The translations under genes and the position numbers were made by a program. 64,000 nucleotides of DNA from Octopus bimaculoides (Eukaryota), in contig NC_068985.1 of the NCBI RefSeq assembly GCF_001194135.2, positions 5,495,239 through 5,559,238 on the forward strand. The letters run 5' to 3'. A model generated the notes under the pieces. It had not been told where the DNA came from and did not search any database. It saw only the letters and a program-made list of their open reading frames with translations. This document shows positions 34,344 through 47,004 of this stretch, piece by piece (position 1 is the stretch's first letter; every line of letters begins with the position of its first letter).

Positions 34344-35189
34344 TTAGGGAAAATAACCAATTTTCAAGAACTCATCGATGAAAATCCACTATCACATATA
34401 GAAAAATTAATAATTAAAAGCACAATAAATGAGTATAATATAAAGTAAAGTAAATATCATAAGATAAATATNNNNNNNNNNNNNNNNNNNNNNNNNNNNN
34501 NNNNNNNNNNNNNNNNNNNNNNNNNNNNNNNNNNNNNNNNNNNNNNNNNNNNNNNNNNNNNNNNNNNNNNNNNNNNNNNNNNNNNNNNNNNNNNNNNNNN
34601 NNNNNNNNNNNNNNNNNNNNNNNNNNNNNNNNNNNNNNNNNNNNNNNNNNNNNNNNNNNNNNNNNNNNNNNNNNNNNNNNNNNNNNNNNNNNNNNNNNNN
34701 NNNNNNNNNNNNNNNNNNNNNNNNNNNNTTATCATTGTTTTAAATTATCATTGTTTTAAATACAAGTTGAACGAAGTTTAAGTTTAAAATAATAATGAAG
34801 ATAAAATTAGTACATATTTAACCGGTGTAATAGTTAAAGCTATACTATTTAAAGCTAAAGACGTTTATTTAATTATAATTAAAGATCAATTGAATAATAG
34901 AAAAATACAAGATTATTTATTTCTACAAACGTAATAATAAAAAATATGAATGAAAAAATTATGAATGGAAAAAATTATGAATGAAAAAATTAGGAAAGAA
35001 AAAATTATTAAGAATAAAAGGTTAAACTTTATATATATATACAAAGTTTTGATTTAAAAAAACTTTAACGATATTATAAACTATAAAGATTAATAATTAA
35101 TCAAATAATATTAATGTATGTATATATGTTAAAGGTGAGACACATAGGTGGTTCTTTTCCACACACCAAAAACAATGGAGCATTGACCA

Positions 35190-35390
35190 GGAGGAACTGA
35201 TATCATCAAACGATATCCAACGAACATCGGATGTTTCGAACCTGAACGATAAAACCTTTCTGTTGATTGGTCAGCAGAGTGGCCACATCACTGGTGATAA
35301 TCTTCTGGTTTCCATCTTAGCACCTTCCTCTTGCTCCATAACCAGCCAAAGAATCTTTCAGCTGCCTTTCGCATCCTGCGGGCAGTCACC
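35190..35390 (-). pseudogene. Possible 3' end of an RLE-type (HERO-like) non-LTR retrotransposon
   Basis: TARRMRKAAERFFGWLWSKRK resembles, from memory, the ..AE..SFWLW.RR C-terminus of HERO-like elements; not searched. Confidence 0.45.
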
Positions 35391-35404
35391 CATCACTATT
35401 ATCC

Positions 35405-35441
<37 letters not shown>

Positions 35442-35446
<5 letters not shown>

Positions 35447-35803
35447 TCAGTTATTAGACTGTAGCCATGCTGGAGCATCACCTAAGTAAAACAAAATTGA
35501 CCCCAGGACTTATTCTTTGTAAGCCTAGTACTTATTCTATTGCATCATTTTGCCGAACCGCTGTGCCAAAGGGGCATAAAAGTACCAACATCGTAAATGC
35601 ACGTAAACTCAGCAACATATATATATGTATATATACACACATATATACGACGGGGCTTCTTTCAGTTTCCGTTTACCAAATCCACTCACAAGGGCTTCGA
35701 TCGGCCTGAGGCTATAGTAGAAGATACTTGACCAAGATGCCACTCAGTGGGACCGAAACTGGAATCATGTGTTTGGGAAGTTAGCTTCTTACCACAAAGC
35801 CAC
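35442..35803 (-). mobile_element. Family C SINE (diverged)
   Basis: GCCATGCTGGAGCA tail, GACTTATTCTTTGTAAGCCTAGTACTTATTC, CAAATCCACTCACAAG, head CTTACCACAAAGCCACT. Confidence 0.85.
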
Positions 35804-36430
35804 TGTATACTTATGTATATATACTCGTACACTTATGTATATATGTTTATAATACATAAATATACATACATGAGTGTGTGTATATGGAATTCACGTTTGC
35901 TTCATCAATTCTACACACGTCCCAATATTTCAATCTATGGCACGCAATCTAATTATGTTCTCACCCAAACCGTAATATTCCCCTTTGTCTGTCTGTCTCT
36001 CTCTCTCACACATGTACACCATGCATCCATACTTCTATCTATCTATCTATCTATTAAAATTCAGTAATGATAAATGTATTATTCTGATTAGTGACACAGA
36101 AAATATCAAAAATGAGGCTAACTAATTCAATGTGCTAATAATTTTAATGAATTAATTATTATAATATTGATGTGATACTGACTGTATACCTACTTTGATA
36201 CCCGCCTGTGTCATTTTGTCACCTATTTCTAGCAAAGTTGGTGCTATCTAGCTCCTGATTATAGATTAATAATACTTTTTACCTTTATGATTATTTTAAT
36301 GCTTGCTAGCCACTTATATCATTATCATTTATTAATAATATCTTTGTATATTCTTTTACACACACACACACACACGCACACACACACAAACACACACACA
36401 CACAGAGACAGACAGACAGACACACATACA

Positions 36431-36496
<66 letters not shown>

Positions 36497-36778
36497 NNNN
36501 NNNNNNNNNNNNNNNNNNNNNNNNNNNNNNNNNNNNNNNNNNNNNNNNNNNNNNNNNNNNNNNNNNNNNNNNNNNNNNNNNNNNNNNNNNNNNNNNNNNN
36601 NNNNNNNNNNNNNNNNNNNNNNNNNNNNNNNNNNNNNNNNNNNNNNNNNNNNNNNNNNNNNNNNNNNNNNNNNNNNNNNNNNNNNNNNNNNNNNNNNNNN
36701 NNNNNNNNNNNNNNNNNNNNNNNNNNNNNNNNNNNNNNNNNNNNNNNNNNNNNNNNNNNNNNNNNNNNNNNNNNNNNN

Positions 36779-36812
<34 letters not shown>

Positions 36813-37824
36813 CGTGAGAGAGTTAGGGGTTGGGGGTACAACCCACTAAGGGATAGTATCCATTTTCTATATATATATATATATATATATGTAACTGTGA
36901 GAGTACGATGCAACTATTTTATTTTTCTTCTCATATGTGGGTGGTTGTGGGTATGTGTATATATGTATATATATGCATATATATATGCATATATGTATCC
37001 TATGTGTGCATCTTTATGTATGCATATATAGCTAAGTTCATAAATCCTGCGTGTGTAAATATATACATACACACAATCATACGTATATATGTATACACAC
37101 GTACATATGCATACATATTTAGATATATGTATATATGTATGAGTGTATATGTGTGTGTATATTTGAGGGCGTCCTTTTTTATTGTGTAGCAACTCATTTT
37201 CAGATTACGAATCGTTCGCGCATCGGTGCTTCGTTCAAATCGATGATGGAATCTATTCTCTGACAATGTAATCAATCTTCTACCGCGGTCTCTGCATGTA
37301 TTTGCTGCTATCAGTCTATATGGAGATGTGCGTTCGTGTGTATAGGTTACGTAGATGAGTTCGTGTGTGCGTGTATGTGTGTGTGTGTGTGTGTGTTTGT
37401 GTGTGAGTGACTGCGTGCATATGTGGGGGGAGGGGGTTGAGGACCCTTTGGGAAATTGTGAGTAAATTCATATTCTTTTGTGGTTTAACAACCTCTCACC
37501 CGTTATACTGAGAATATACACCCTACATGTACGTACACACACATAAACACACAAACACATACGCACACATATACATCCACAGGTATGTTTGTATGCATGC
37601 ATTATGTACACACACACACACACCAACACCCCCCATATATGTGTGTGTGTCTAAGTATATATTGTGAGCGTATATGCATGTACACATATAAATTTATATG
37701 CATAAATACACACACATATATATATATGCATACATTTATATATATATATATATATATGCATATATTCATATAAATTTACATATATATATACCTATATACA
37801 TATATGTCTATATACATATATGTC

Positions 37825-37882
<58 letters not shown>

Positions 37883-39507
37883 NNNNNNNNNNNNNNNNNN
37901 NNNNNNNNNNNNNNNNNNNNNNNNNNNNNNNNNNNNNNNNNNNNNNNNNNNNNNNNNNNNNNNNNNNNNNNNNNNNNNNNNNNNNNNNNNNNNNNNNNNN
38001 NNNNNNNNNNNNNNNNNNNNNNNNNNNNNNNNNNNNNNNNNNNNNNNNNNNNNNNNNNNNNNNNNNNNNNNNNNNNNNNNNNNNNNNNNNNNNNNNNNNN
38101 NNNNNNNNNNNNNNNNNNNNNNNNNNNNNNNNNNNNNNNNNNNNNNNNNNNNNNNNNNNNNNNNNNNNNNNNNNNNNNNNNNNNNNNNNNNNNNNNNNNN
38201 NNNNNNNNNNNNNNNNNNNNNNNNNNNNNNNNNNNNNNNNNNNNNNNNNNNNNNNNNNNNNNNNNNNNNNNNNNNNNNNNNNNNNNNNNNNNNNNNNNNN
38301 NNNNNNNNNNNNNNNNNNNNNNNNNNNNNNNNNNNNNNNNNNNNNNNNNNNNNNNNNNNNNNNNNNNNNNNNNNNNNNNNNNNNNNNNNNNNNNNNNNNN
38401 NNNNNNNNNNNNNNNNNNNNNNNNNNNNNNNNNNNNNNNNNNNNNNNNNNNNNNNNNNNNNNNNNNNNNNNNNNNNNNNNNNNNNNNNNNNNNNNNNNNN
38501 NNNNNNNNNNNNNNNNNNNNNNNNNNNNNNNNNNNNNNNNNNNNNNNNNNNNNNNNNNNNNNNNNNNNNNNNNNNNNNNNNNNNNNNNNNNNNNNNNNNN
38601 NNNNNNNNNNNNNNNNNNNNNNNNNNNNNNNNNNNNNNNNNNNNNNNNNNNNNNNNNNNNNNNNNNNNNNNNNNNNNNNNNNNNNNNNNNNNNNNNNNNN
38701 NNNNNNNNNNNNNNNNNNNNNNNNNNNNNNNNNNNNNNNNNNNNNNNNNNNNNNNNNNNNNNNNNNNNNNNNNNNNNNNNNNNNNNNNNNNNNNNNNNNN
38801 NNNNNNNNNNNNNNNNNNNNNNNNNNNNNNNNNNNNNNNNNNNNNNNNNNNNNNNNNNNNNNNNNNNNNNNNNNNNNNTATATATATATATATATATATA
38901 CATACATACGTATGTATGTATATATACGTAGATTTATATATGTACGTATACATTTATTTATATATATAAATGTATGCATTGTACGTTATGTTATCATCAA
39001 AGTAAGGTTTTTACCTTCCTTGTTTCTACTTGTTTAAAATTTACCTGGAAATGCTATCATGTAAATCTATGAACACGTCAATATAATTCTACCGAAAGAG
39101 ATGTTGTAGATTCCACCCCCATTTTTGTTCTTTTTATGCCTACACTCACCTAGAAGCAATCCTGACTGAGATATACGAATTCAGTTGGATTTGCTACAAC
39201 TTACACATCTACATATCTGCAGTGTATTACCATTGTTTATCTCGCTGTGAATTTTATGTTATAGTTCGTAACCAGCTCTGGCGCCCTACCTGTTGGTACG
39301 ATCTGATTTTAATGTGTTTTCTAAAATGGAAGCGAACACCTTCCTTCATATAATCGGCTCGAATAATTGTTAAGACTCTAGGATATTTTCCTACTTTCCT
39401 TCACATGAAACCGAATGGTAGACTTAATTCACAAATGAAGAACACCATTGCGGTGATGAGCACCCATTTTCGTCGTTCAACATTTACGTCCATATACATA
39501 CATACAT

Positions 39508-39580
<73 letters not shown>

Positions 39581-40556
39581 NNNNNNNNNNNNNNNNNNNN
39601 NNNNNNNNNNNNNNNNNNNNNNNNNNNNNNNNNNNNNNNNNNNNNNNNNNNNNNNNNNNNNNNNNNNNNNNNNNNNNNNNNNNNNNNNNNNNNNNNNNNN
39701 NNNNNNNNNNNNNNNNNNNNNNNNNNNNNNNNNNNNNNNNNNNNNNNNNNNNNNNNNNNNNNNNNNNNNNNNNNNNNNNNNNNNNNNNNNNNNNNNNNNN
39801 NNNNNNNNNNNNNNNNNNNNNNNNNNNNNNNNNNNNNNNNNNNNNNNNNNNNNNNNNNNNNNNNNNNNNNNNNNNNNNNNNNNNNNNNNNNNNNNNNNNN
39901 NNNNNNNNNNNNNNNNNNNNNNNNNNNNNNNNNNNNNNNNNNNNNNNNNNNNNNNNNNNNNNNNNNNNNNNNNNNNNNNNNNNNNNNNNNNNNNNNNNNN
40001 NNNNNNNNNNNNNNNNNNNNNNNNNNNNNNNNNNNNNNNNNNNNNNNNNNNNNNNNNNNNNNNNNNNNNNNNNNNNNNNNNNNNNNNNNNNNNNNNNNNN
40101 NNNNNNNNNNNNNNNNNNNNNNNNNNNNNNNNNNNNNNNNNNNNNNNNNNNNNNNNNNNNNNNNNNNNNNNNNNNNNNNNNNNNNNNNNNNNNNNNNNNN
40201 NNNNNNNNNNNNNNNNNNNNNNNNNNNNNNNNNNNNNNNNNNNNNNNNNNNNNNNNNNNNNNNNNNNNNNNNNNNNNNNNNNNNNNNNNNNNNNNNNNNN
40301 NNNNNNNNNNNNNNNNNNNNNNNNNNNNNNNNNNNNNNNNNNNNNNNNNNNNNNNNNNNNNNNNNNNNNNNNNNNNNCATGCGTACATACATACATACGT
40401 TGTTTTTTCAGAAAACGAAAAAATAGATTCACCATTCCAAAGCAAAAAACTTTTGTTCTACACTTTGACAGTTTTTGATATCTTCGCATCCGAAGCTGCT
40501 GGAGATACAATAGTTTGATCAGGAACCGACTAATGCAAGCAAAAATTAATATTATT

Positions 40557-40754
40557 TTCTTTTCTACTCTAGGCACAATGCCCGAAATTTTTGGGGAAGG
40601 GGCTAGTCGATTAGATCGACAACAGAACTCAACTGGTAGTTAATTTGTCCAACCCTAAAAGATGAAAGGTAAAGTCGACCTGGGCGGAATTTGAACTCAA
40701 AACGTTAAAGACAAACGAAATACCGCTAAGCATTTCTGCCAGCTCGCCGCCTTA
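40557..40754 (-). mobile_element. Family B SINE with short internal deletion
   Basis: CTAGGCACAA..AAAGTCGACC..GGAATTTGAACTC..CTGCCAGCTCGCCGCC. Confidence 0.85.
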
Positions 40755-40864
40755 ATAAAAATAAATGTTGAGAAAAATGAATTTGACCAAATTTGGACAT
40801 ACGACAGTTTAACAAAATAACAAAGATATATACTTCAGAAATGTAGCCGCACGTGGACTGTGGG

Positions 40865-40995
40865 CGATTTTTCTTTATTTTGTCTTCTTTCTCATTTGAC
40901 CTTTTTTGATTCTGATGAAGAGCTATGCTCGAAATGTTAGCAACTCTCTCCCTTCATCGAGCATCACATTTATATATTTCTTGCGCACGCCGGCA
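40865..40995 (+). mobile_element. D-related element with canonical CTGATGA hammerhead motif (40906-40943)
   Basis: CTGATGA A GAGC TAT GCTC GAAAT GTT; stem I weak. Confidence 0.55.
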
Positions 40996-41019
40996 CGTTC
41001 GTTTTTTCTCAGACACACA

Positions 41020-41388
41020 CACATACATACATACAGACACACACATGTACATACACACATACACACACATGCACATACACACATACACACATACACACAT
41101 ACACATACATACACATGCACACACATACACATTTGCACAAACGCATACACTTATATACATATACGCACACATAAACACTTGCACAAACACATACACTTAT
41201 ATACATATACGCACACATACACACATATACACATACATATACGCACATACACATACAATCCTATAGACAAACACACACATACATACACACACACATACAC
41301 ACACATACACACACATGTACATACACACACATGTACATACACACTCATGTACATACACACATACACACATATACACACGTGCATATAT
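41020..41388. repeat. Degenerate (CA/TACA) low-complexity tract
   Basis: Seen directly. Confidence 0.9.
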
Positions 41389-42333
41389 NNNNNNNNNNNN
41401 NNNNNNNNNNNNNNNNNNNNNNNNNNNNNNNNNNNNNNNNNNNNNNNNNNNNNNNNNNNNNNNNNNNNNNNNNNNNNNNNNNNNNNNNNNNNNNNNNNNN
41501 NNNNNNNNNNNNNNNNNNNNNNNNNNNNNNNNNNNNNNNNNNNNNNNNNNNNNNNNNNNNNNNNNNNNNNNNNNNNNNNNNNNNNNNNNNNNNNNNNNNN
41601 NNNNNNNNNNNNNNNNNNNNNNNNNNNNNNNNNNNNNNNNNNNNNNNNNNNNNNNNNNNNNNNNNNNNNNNNNNNNNNNNNNNNNNNNNNNNNNNNNNNN
41701 NNNNNNNNNNNNNNNNNNNNNNNNNNNNNNNNNNNNNNNNNNNNNNNNNNNNNNNNNNNNNNNNNNNNNNNNNNNNNNNNNNNNNNNNNNNNNNNNNNNN
41801 NNNNNNNNNNNNNNNNNNNNNNNNNNNNNNNNNNNNNNNNNNNNNNNNNNNNNNNNNNNNNNNNNNNNNNNNNNNNNNNNNNNNNNNNNNNNNNNNNNNN
41901 NNNNNNNNNNNNNNNNNNNNNNNNNNNNNNNNNNNNNNNNNNNNNNNNNNNNNNNNNNNNNNNNNNNNNNNNNNNNNNNNNNNNNNNNNNNNNNNNNNNN
42001 NNNNNNNNNNNNNNNNNNNNNNNNNNNNNNNNNNNNNNNNNNNNNNNNNNNNNNNNNNNNNNNNNNNNNNNNNNNNNNNNNNNNNNNNNNNNNNNNNNNN
42101 NNNNNNNNNNNNNNNNNNNNNNNNNNNNNNNNNNNNNNNNNNNNNNNNNNNNNNNNNNNNNNNNNNNNNNNNNNNNNNNNNNNNNNNNNNNNNNNNNNNN
42201 NNNNNNNNNNNNNNNNNNNNNNNNNNNNNNNNNNNNNNNNNNNNNNNNNNNNNNNNNNNNNNNNNNNNNNNNNNNNNNNNNCACGTCCTCACTTTGTTGT
42301 TTTTTTTGTTATTGTTTTTGTGTGTTTTTTGAA

Positions 42334-42372
<39 letters not shown>

Positions 42373-42374
<2 letters not shown>

Positions 42375-42742
42375 GGGCACTCTGTCGGATACGATGACGA
42401 GGGTCCCAGTTGATCCGATCAACGGAACAGTCTGCTCCTGAAATTAACGTGTAAGTGGTTGAGCGCTCCACAGACACGTGTACTCTTAACGTAGTTCTCG
42501 GTGGGGGGGGGGGTCAGCGTGGCACAGAGTGTCACAAGGCTGGCCCCTTTGAAATACAAGCACAACAGAAACAAGAACAAAGAGTGAGAGAAAGTTGTGG
42601 TGGAAGAGTACATCAGGGTTCGCCACGTGGAGCATTAGGTGTTTTCGCTCAATAATCACTCACAACGCCTGATCTGGGAATCGAAACCGCGATCCTACGA
42701 CCGCTTGTCCGCTACCCTAACCACTGGGCCATTACACCTCCA
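42373..42742 (-). mobile_element. Full-length O-head SINE with canonical body
   Basis: TGGCCCAGTGG A-box, GGTTTCGATTCCC B-box, body ending GATCGGATCAACTGGGACCCTCGTCATCGTATCCGACAGAGTGCC. Confidence 0.9.
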
Positions 42743-43882
42743 CCTATATATATTTATGTATAACTAATAAGAAATAATAAAAGGATCTCCGTTTGTTGTG
42801 ACGATGATGGTTTAGTTGTTCGATCCACTAAACTAACTGCTCATTGATTTGTGTTTAAGTTGTGTAATTCACACACAAGCTTTCCATCCACAGTGGATGC
42901 CATGGTTGAACCTTTTGAGTTAAGCCATTTGAGTTAAGCCATATCACACACACACGCACACGCTTTGCTTAAGGACCCCTTATATAGTCCTTTGTTGCCC
43001 CCGTCGAAAAAGAAGTCAGCTTTCACTTTCGTGCAATTCTGACGATAACGTGACATCTACAATTTCTTTCACTTATTGTTTCAGATGCCTGTGTAGTCGC
43101 GAGCAGGCATTGAGGCTCACTCAGCCCTCCCACTCACATCAAAATCCCAACGCAGCACCCACGATGTGACTCGAAAAATTTAGAAGACTAGAAGCCAACG
43201 ACAGCAACCAAGTGGAACGTATTTACAGTTGAGTAGAGTGGAACAACATGAAACGAAGTTCAAGACCACAGAGCACTGCTCTGACTTCGATTTGAAACCA
43301 TGTCCTTATGGATCATTACCGGAATATCTTTAAACATCTAGTCCAGATATTGCTAGGGATGTAACACAATATAGAAAACGCTCCGGTTTTACGTTTCTAT
43401 GTGTGTATGACACTATATGTTTATATCTATGAATCTGGTAATGTGCGTGCTTGAATGTACGTATGTGAATATCTATCTCGTTAAACCACAGAGATTTATT
43501 AAAGAGTTGTAATTCTTTCCATTCGTATTTCTATATTTTTATCCGTGCAATTAACTTTGCAATTACCAGCCTCATTAGAAGACATAGCCCCCAAGTGAAA
43601 CGTAGAAGATTATGAAATACAGCTCAAGAATTTCGTGAACGCAAAATAACAAGAAATTACATAGAATTTGTAAAAATAGGTTACAGAGTCCTAAGAAACG
43701 GTTAATTCTGGCATTTCGTGTTGGGCCCATCTGCAAAATGGTTATTTGAAAAAGAGGCGGGAAATATAATGATGTGTTTTCTACGACACACGAATAAATA
43801 TTTCGGAATTGTTTGTGACTAATTTTTGCCGCTACTTTTCTAGGCTTCTGATTTTACCTGTCAGTATTAATCTATAAGAACA

Positions 43883-44100
43883 AAGCGGCGAGCTGGAAGA
43901 ATGGTCGGGAGAGCGTCAGGACAAATGCTTAGCGGCCTTTTACCCGTCTTTACATTCTGAGTTCGAATTCAGTCGAGGTCGACTTTACCTTTCATCCTTT
44001 CGTGGTTGATAAAATAAGTACCAGTGCGGTACTGGGGTCGATGTAATAGATTTCCTCTTCTGTTAAAATAGCTGGCCTTGTGCTAAAATCTGAAAGAATT
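43883..44100 (+). mobile_element. Family B SINE
   Basis: GCGGCGAGCTGG..GAGTTCGAATTC..GAGGTCGACTTTACCTTTCATCC..TACTGGGGTCGATG. Confidence 0.85.
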
Positions 44101-45361
44101 GTTAATATATATCTTCAGGTATATATATATATATATATATATATCTAGGATCTTCAACTTTGGAACAACAGACCCTAAAAAAACGGCAAGAAACCCAAAT
44201 AGTGGGACATTTTTGTACCAACAAGAATTGAACCCAATTACCTAGGTTCTCATATTTCTCTCCTAACTTTTTTTGAACTAACCAGCTGTATAGATATAAT
44301 CACAATTCCTTCCTTCCCTTTTACACCCCTTTCAGACACACACGCACGCACACACACACACACGCACTCTCTCTACCATTGGACAATGATACCAAAGAAT
44401 ACCATGAACTTGTCACAGCAGGAACTGACCAACTGTAAACTGTAAACAGAATCTTTTTCTTCCCTCCCCTTCCCACTAACNNNNNNNNNNNNNNNNNNNN
44501 NNNNNNNNNNNNNNNNNNNNNNNNNNNNNNNNNNNNNNNNNNNNNNNNNNNNNNNNNNNNNNNNNNNNNNNNNNNNNNNNNNNNNNNNNNNNNNNNNNNN
44601 NNNNNNNNNNNNNNNNNNNNNNNNNNNNNNNNNNNNNNNNNNNNNNNNNNNNNNNNNNNNNNNNNNNNNNNNNNNNNNNNNNNNNNNNNNNNNNNNNNNN
44701 NNNNNNNNNNNNNNNNNNNNNNNNNNNNNNNNNNNNNNNNNNNNNNNNNNNNNNNNNNNNNNNNNNNNNNNNNNNNNNNNNNNNNNNNNNNNNNNNNNNN
44801 NNNNNNNNNNNNNNNNNNNNNNNNNNNNNNNNNNNNNNNNNNNNNNNNNNNNNNNNNNNNNNNNNNNNNNNNNNNNNNNNNNNNNNNNNNNNNNNNNNNN
44901 NNNNNNNNNNNNNNNNNNNNNNNNNNNNNNNNNNNNNNNNNNNNNNNNNNNNNNNNNNNNNNNNNNNNNNNNNNNNNNNNNNNNNNNNNNNNNNNNNNNN
45001 NNNNNNNNNNNNNNNNNNNNNNNNNNNNNNNNNNNNNNNNNNNNNNNNNNNNNNNNNNNNNNNNNNNNNNNNNNNNNNNNNNNNNNNNNNNNNNNNNNNN
45101 NNNNNNNNNNNNNNNNNNNNNNNNNNNNNNNNNNNNNNNNNNNNNNNNNNNNNNNNNNNNNNNNNNNNNNNNNNNNNNNNNNNNNNNNNNNNNNNNNNNN
45201 NNNNNNNNNNNNNNNNNNNNNNNNNNNNNNNNNNNNNNNNNNNNNNNNNNNNNNNNNNNNNNNNNNNNNNNNNNNNNNNNNNNNNNNNNNNNNNNNNNNN
45301 NNNNNNNNNNNNNNNNNNATATATATATATTTATTTATATATATACACGCACACACATACA

Positions 45362-45519
45362 TATACGATGGGTTTCTTTCAGTTTCCGACTACCAAATCC
45401 ACTCAGAAGGCTTTGGTCGGCCCGAGGCCTTAGGAGAAGACCCTTGACCAAGTTGCCACGTGGCGGGACTAAACCTCAAAGCATGGGGCTGAGAAGGAAG
45501 CTTCTTACCACACAGCCAT
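45362..45519 (-). mobile_element. Family C SINE, 5' half
   Basis: TTTCAGTTTCCGACTACCAAATCCACTC..CTTACCACACAGCCA. Confidence 0.8.
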
Positions 45520-46237
45520 CTCGAAAACTTAATTTAAGTTAACTAAATTTGCCTTCATACATGCATTCCCGTTAGAAAGCCATAACTACATAATTTTTTC
45601 GATCTAACATGTAGTCTGAATAGTAACTTGGAATAATAATTGCAGACAAAGTATTGTTGTATTGCTTTAGTTCCTTCGGATGATAGACGGTGCTCATGAC
45701 TTTTAGAGTTCCCCTGAGATTGATCAGATTAATGCATTTGTTGTTCACTTTCGACGAATCTATAGCGACAACTGAAGTGGTTTAACCCCAGATCAGTCTT
45801 AATGGAACAAGTCTATGATCATAGGCATTTTAGAAGTCAGGACATCTCTCTTTGCTTTTTAAATGCATTTTTCTTTGGGGATTAAATTGTCGAATCCATT
45901 TTTCAGAAGTTGCAAATTTAATTCGAATGGGATTTGATAGGTATTTCTCCGGTTTGGTGCATCCCCATTGCTACCGACATTTTGCCTCGATCCACTATGG
46001 CATTTATATTGATAGATTAAGCAATATGCTCTATATAAATCCCAACTGACATATACGCCTCTCAGCCTCATTTTTATTCACATCTTCAAGTGTTATTTTC
46101 ATTACTGGATTTATATAAAATGGTGTGGGACTCCGCACTTTTTGCGTCCTTTGAGAATTAGAAACACCTTACAAGTGCAGAACTCATATATAATAAAGAT
46201 TATAGTTATAAGCATATATATATAAATATACATATTT

Positions 46238-46343
<106 letters not shown>

Positions 46344-46570
46344 TGATATATGTATCTGTGCTTATATACGTATGCTTGTACGTATGTGTTGCATGCATAA
46401 ATATATATTGGTTATGAGCGATAGTGGTGTCAATTAGACCCAAGGGTTTCAGGTAATGCTGAGTAAGTGCTATGGACAGATGGACAGACCACAATTAAGC
46501 TCCAGGTTCGGTGGTTATGCGAATAAGGGGTCCAATGTAGGTCATACATCAGCGTGTGAATATAAGGATT

Positions 46571-46672
46571 TACTTTTCGTAATGAGATAAAAAACCAAGG
46601 CTGTGTATAATATAGAACGTTTATAAATCGAATGTCTTACAGGCTTGGTTTTTTATCTCATTACGAAAAGTA
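46571..46672. mobile_element. 102-bp hairpin / MITE-like element
   Basis: TACTTTTCGTAATGAGATAAAAAACCAAGGCTGT vs its reverse complement at 46639-46672, 33/34. Confidence 0.65.
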
Positions 46673-47004
46673 TATCCTCCATATCATACATGCTTGCCCA
46701 AGGTGCCACGCAATGGGAATGAACCCGAAATCATGTGGTTAGTAAACAAAGCGATATGGTGGTTATCATACGCTAGCCACTGATATAATGATTATATCCT
46801 CAGTTTATACATGCATATATGTCAGTTGGGATTTATATAGAGCATATTGCTTAATATATCAATATAAATGCCATAGTCGATCGAGGCAAATTGTTGGTAG
46901 CAATGGGGATACACCAAACTGGAGAAATACCTATCAAATCCCATTCGAATTAAATTTGCAACTTCTGAAAAATGGATTCGACAATTTAATCCCCAAAGAA
47001 AAAT

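Noticed and set aside
35197-35242. Type-II hammerhead-like order GAAAC..UUGAUGA in the HERO-like 3' UTR
   Set aside because: Stem III forms but stem II strands do not pair and stem I is only 2 bp.
37200-37255. Minus-strand hammerhead-like motif UUGAACGA..GAAC..GUA
   Set aside because: Needs three core anomalies (C3U, insertion, missing A) and an ambiguous stem II.
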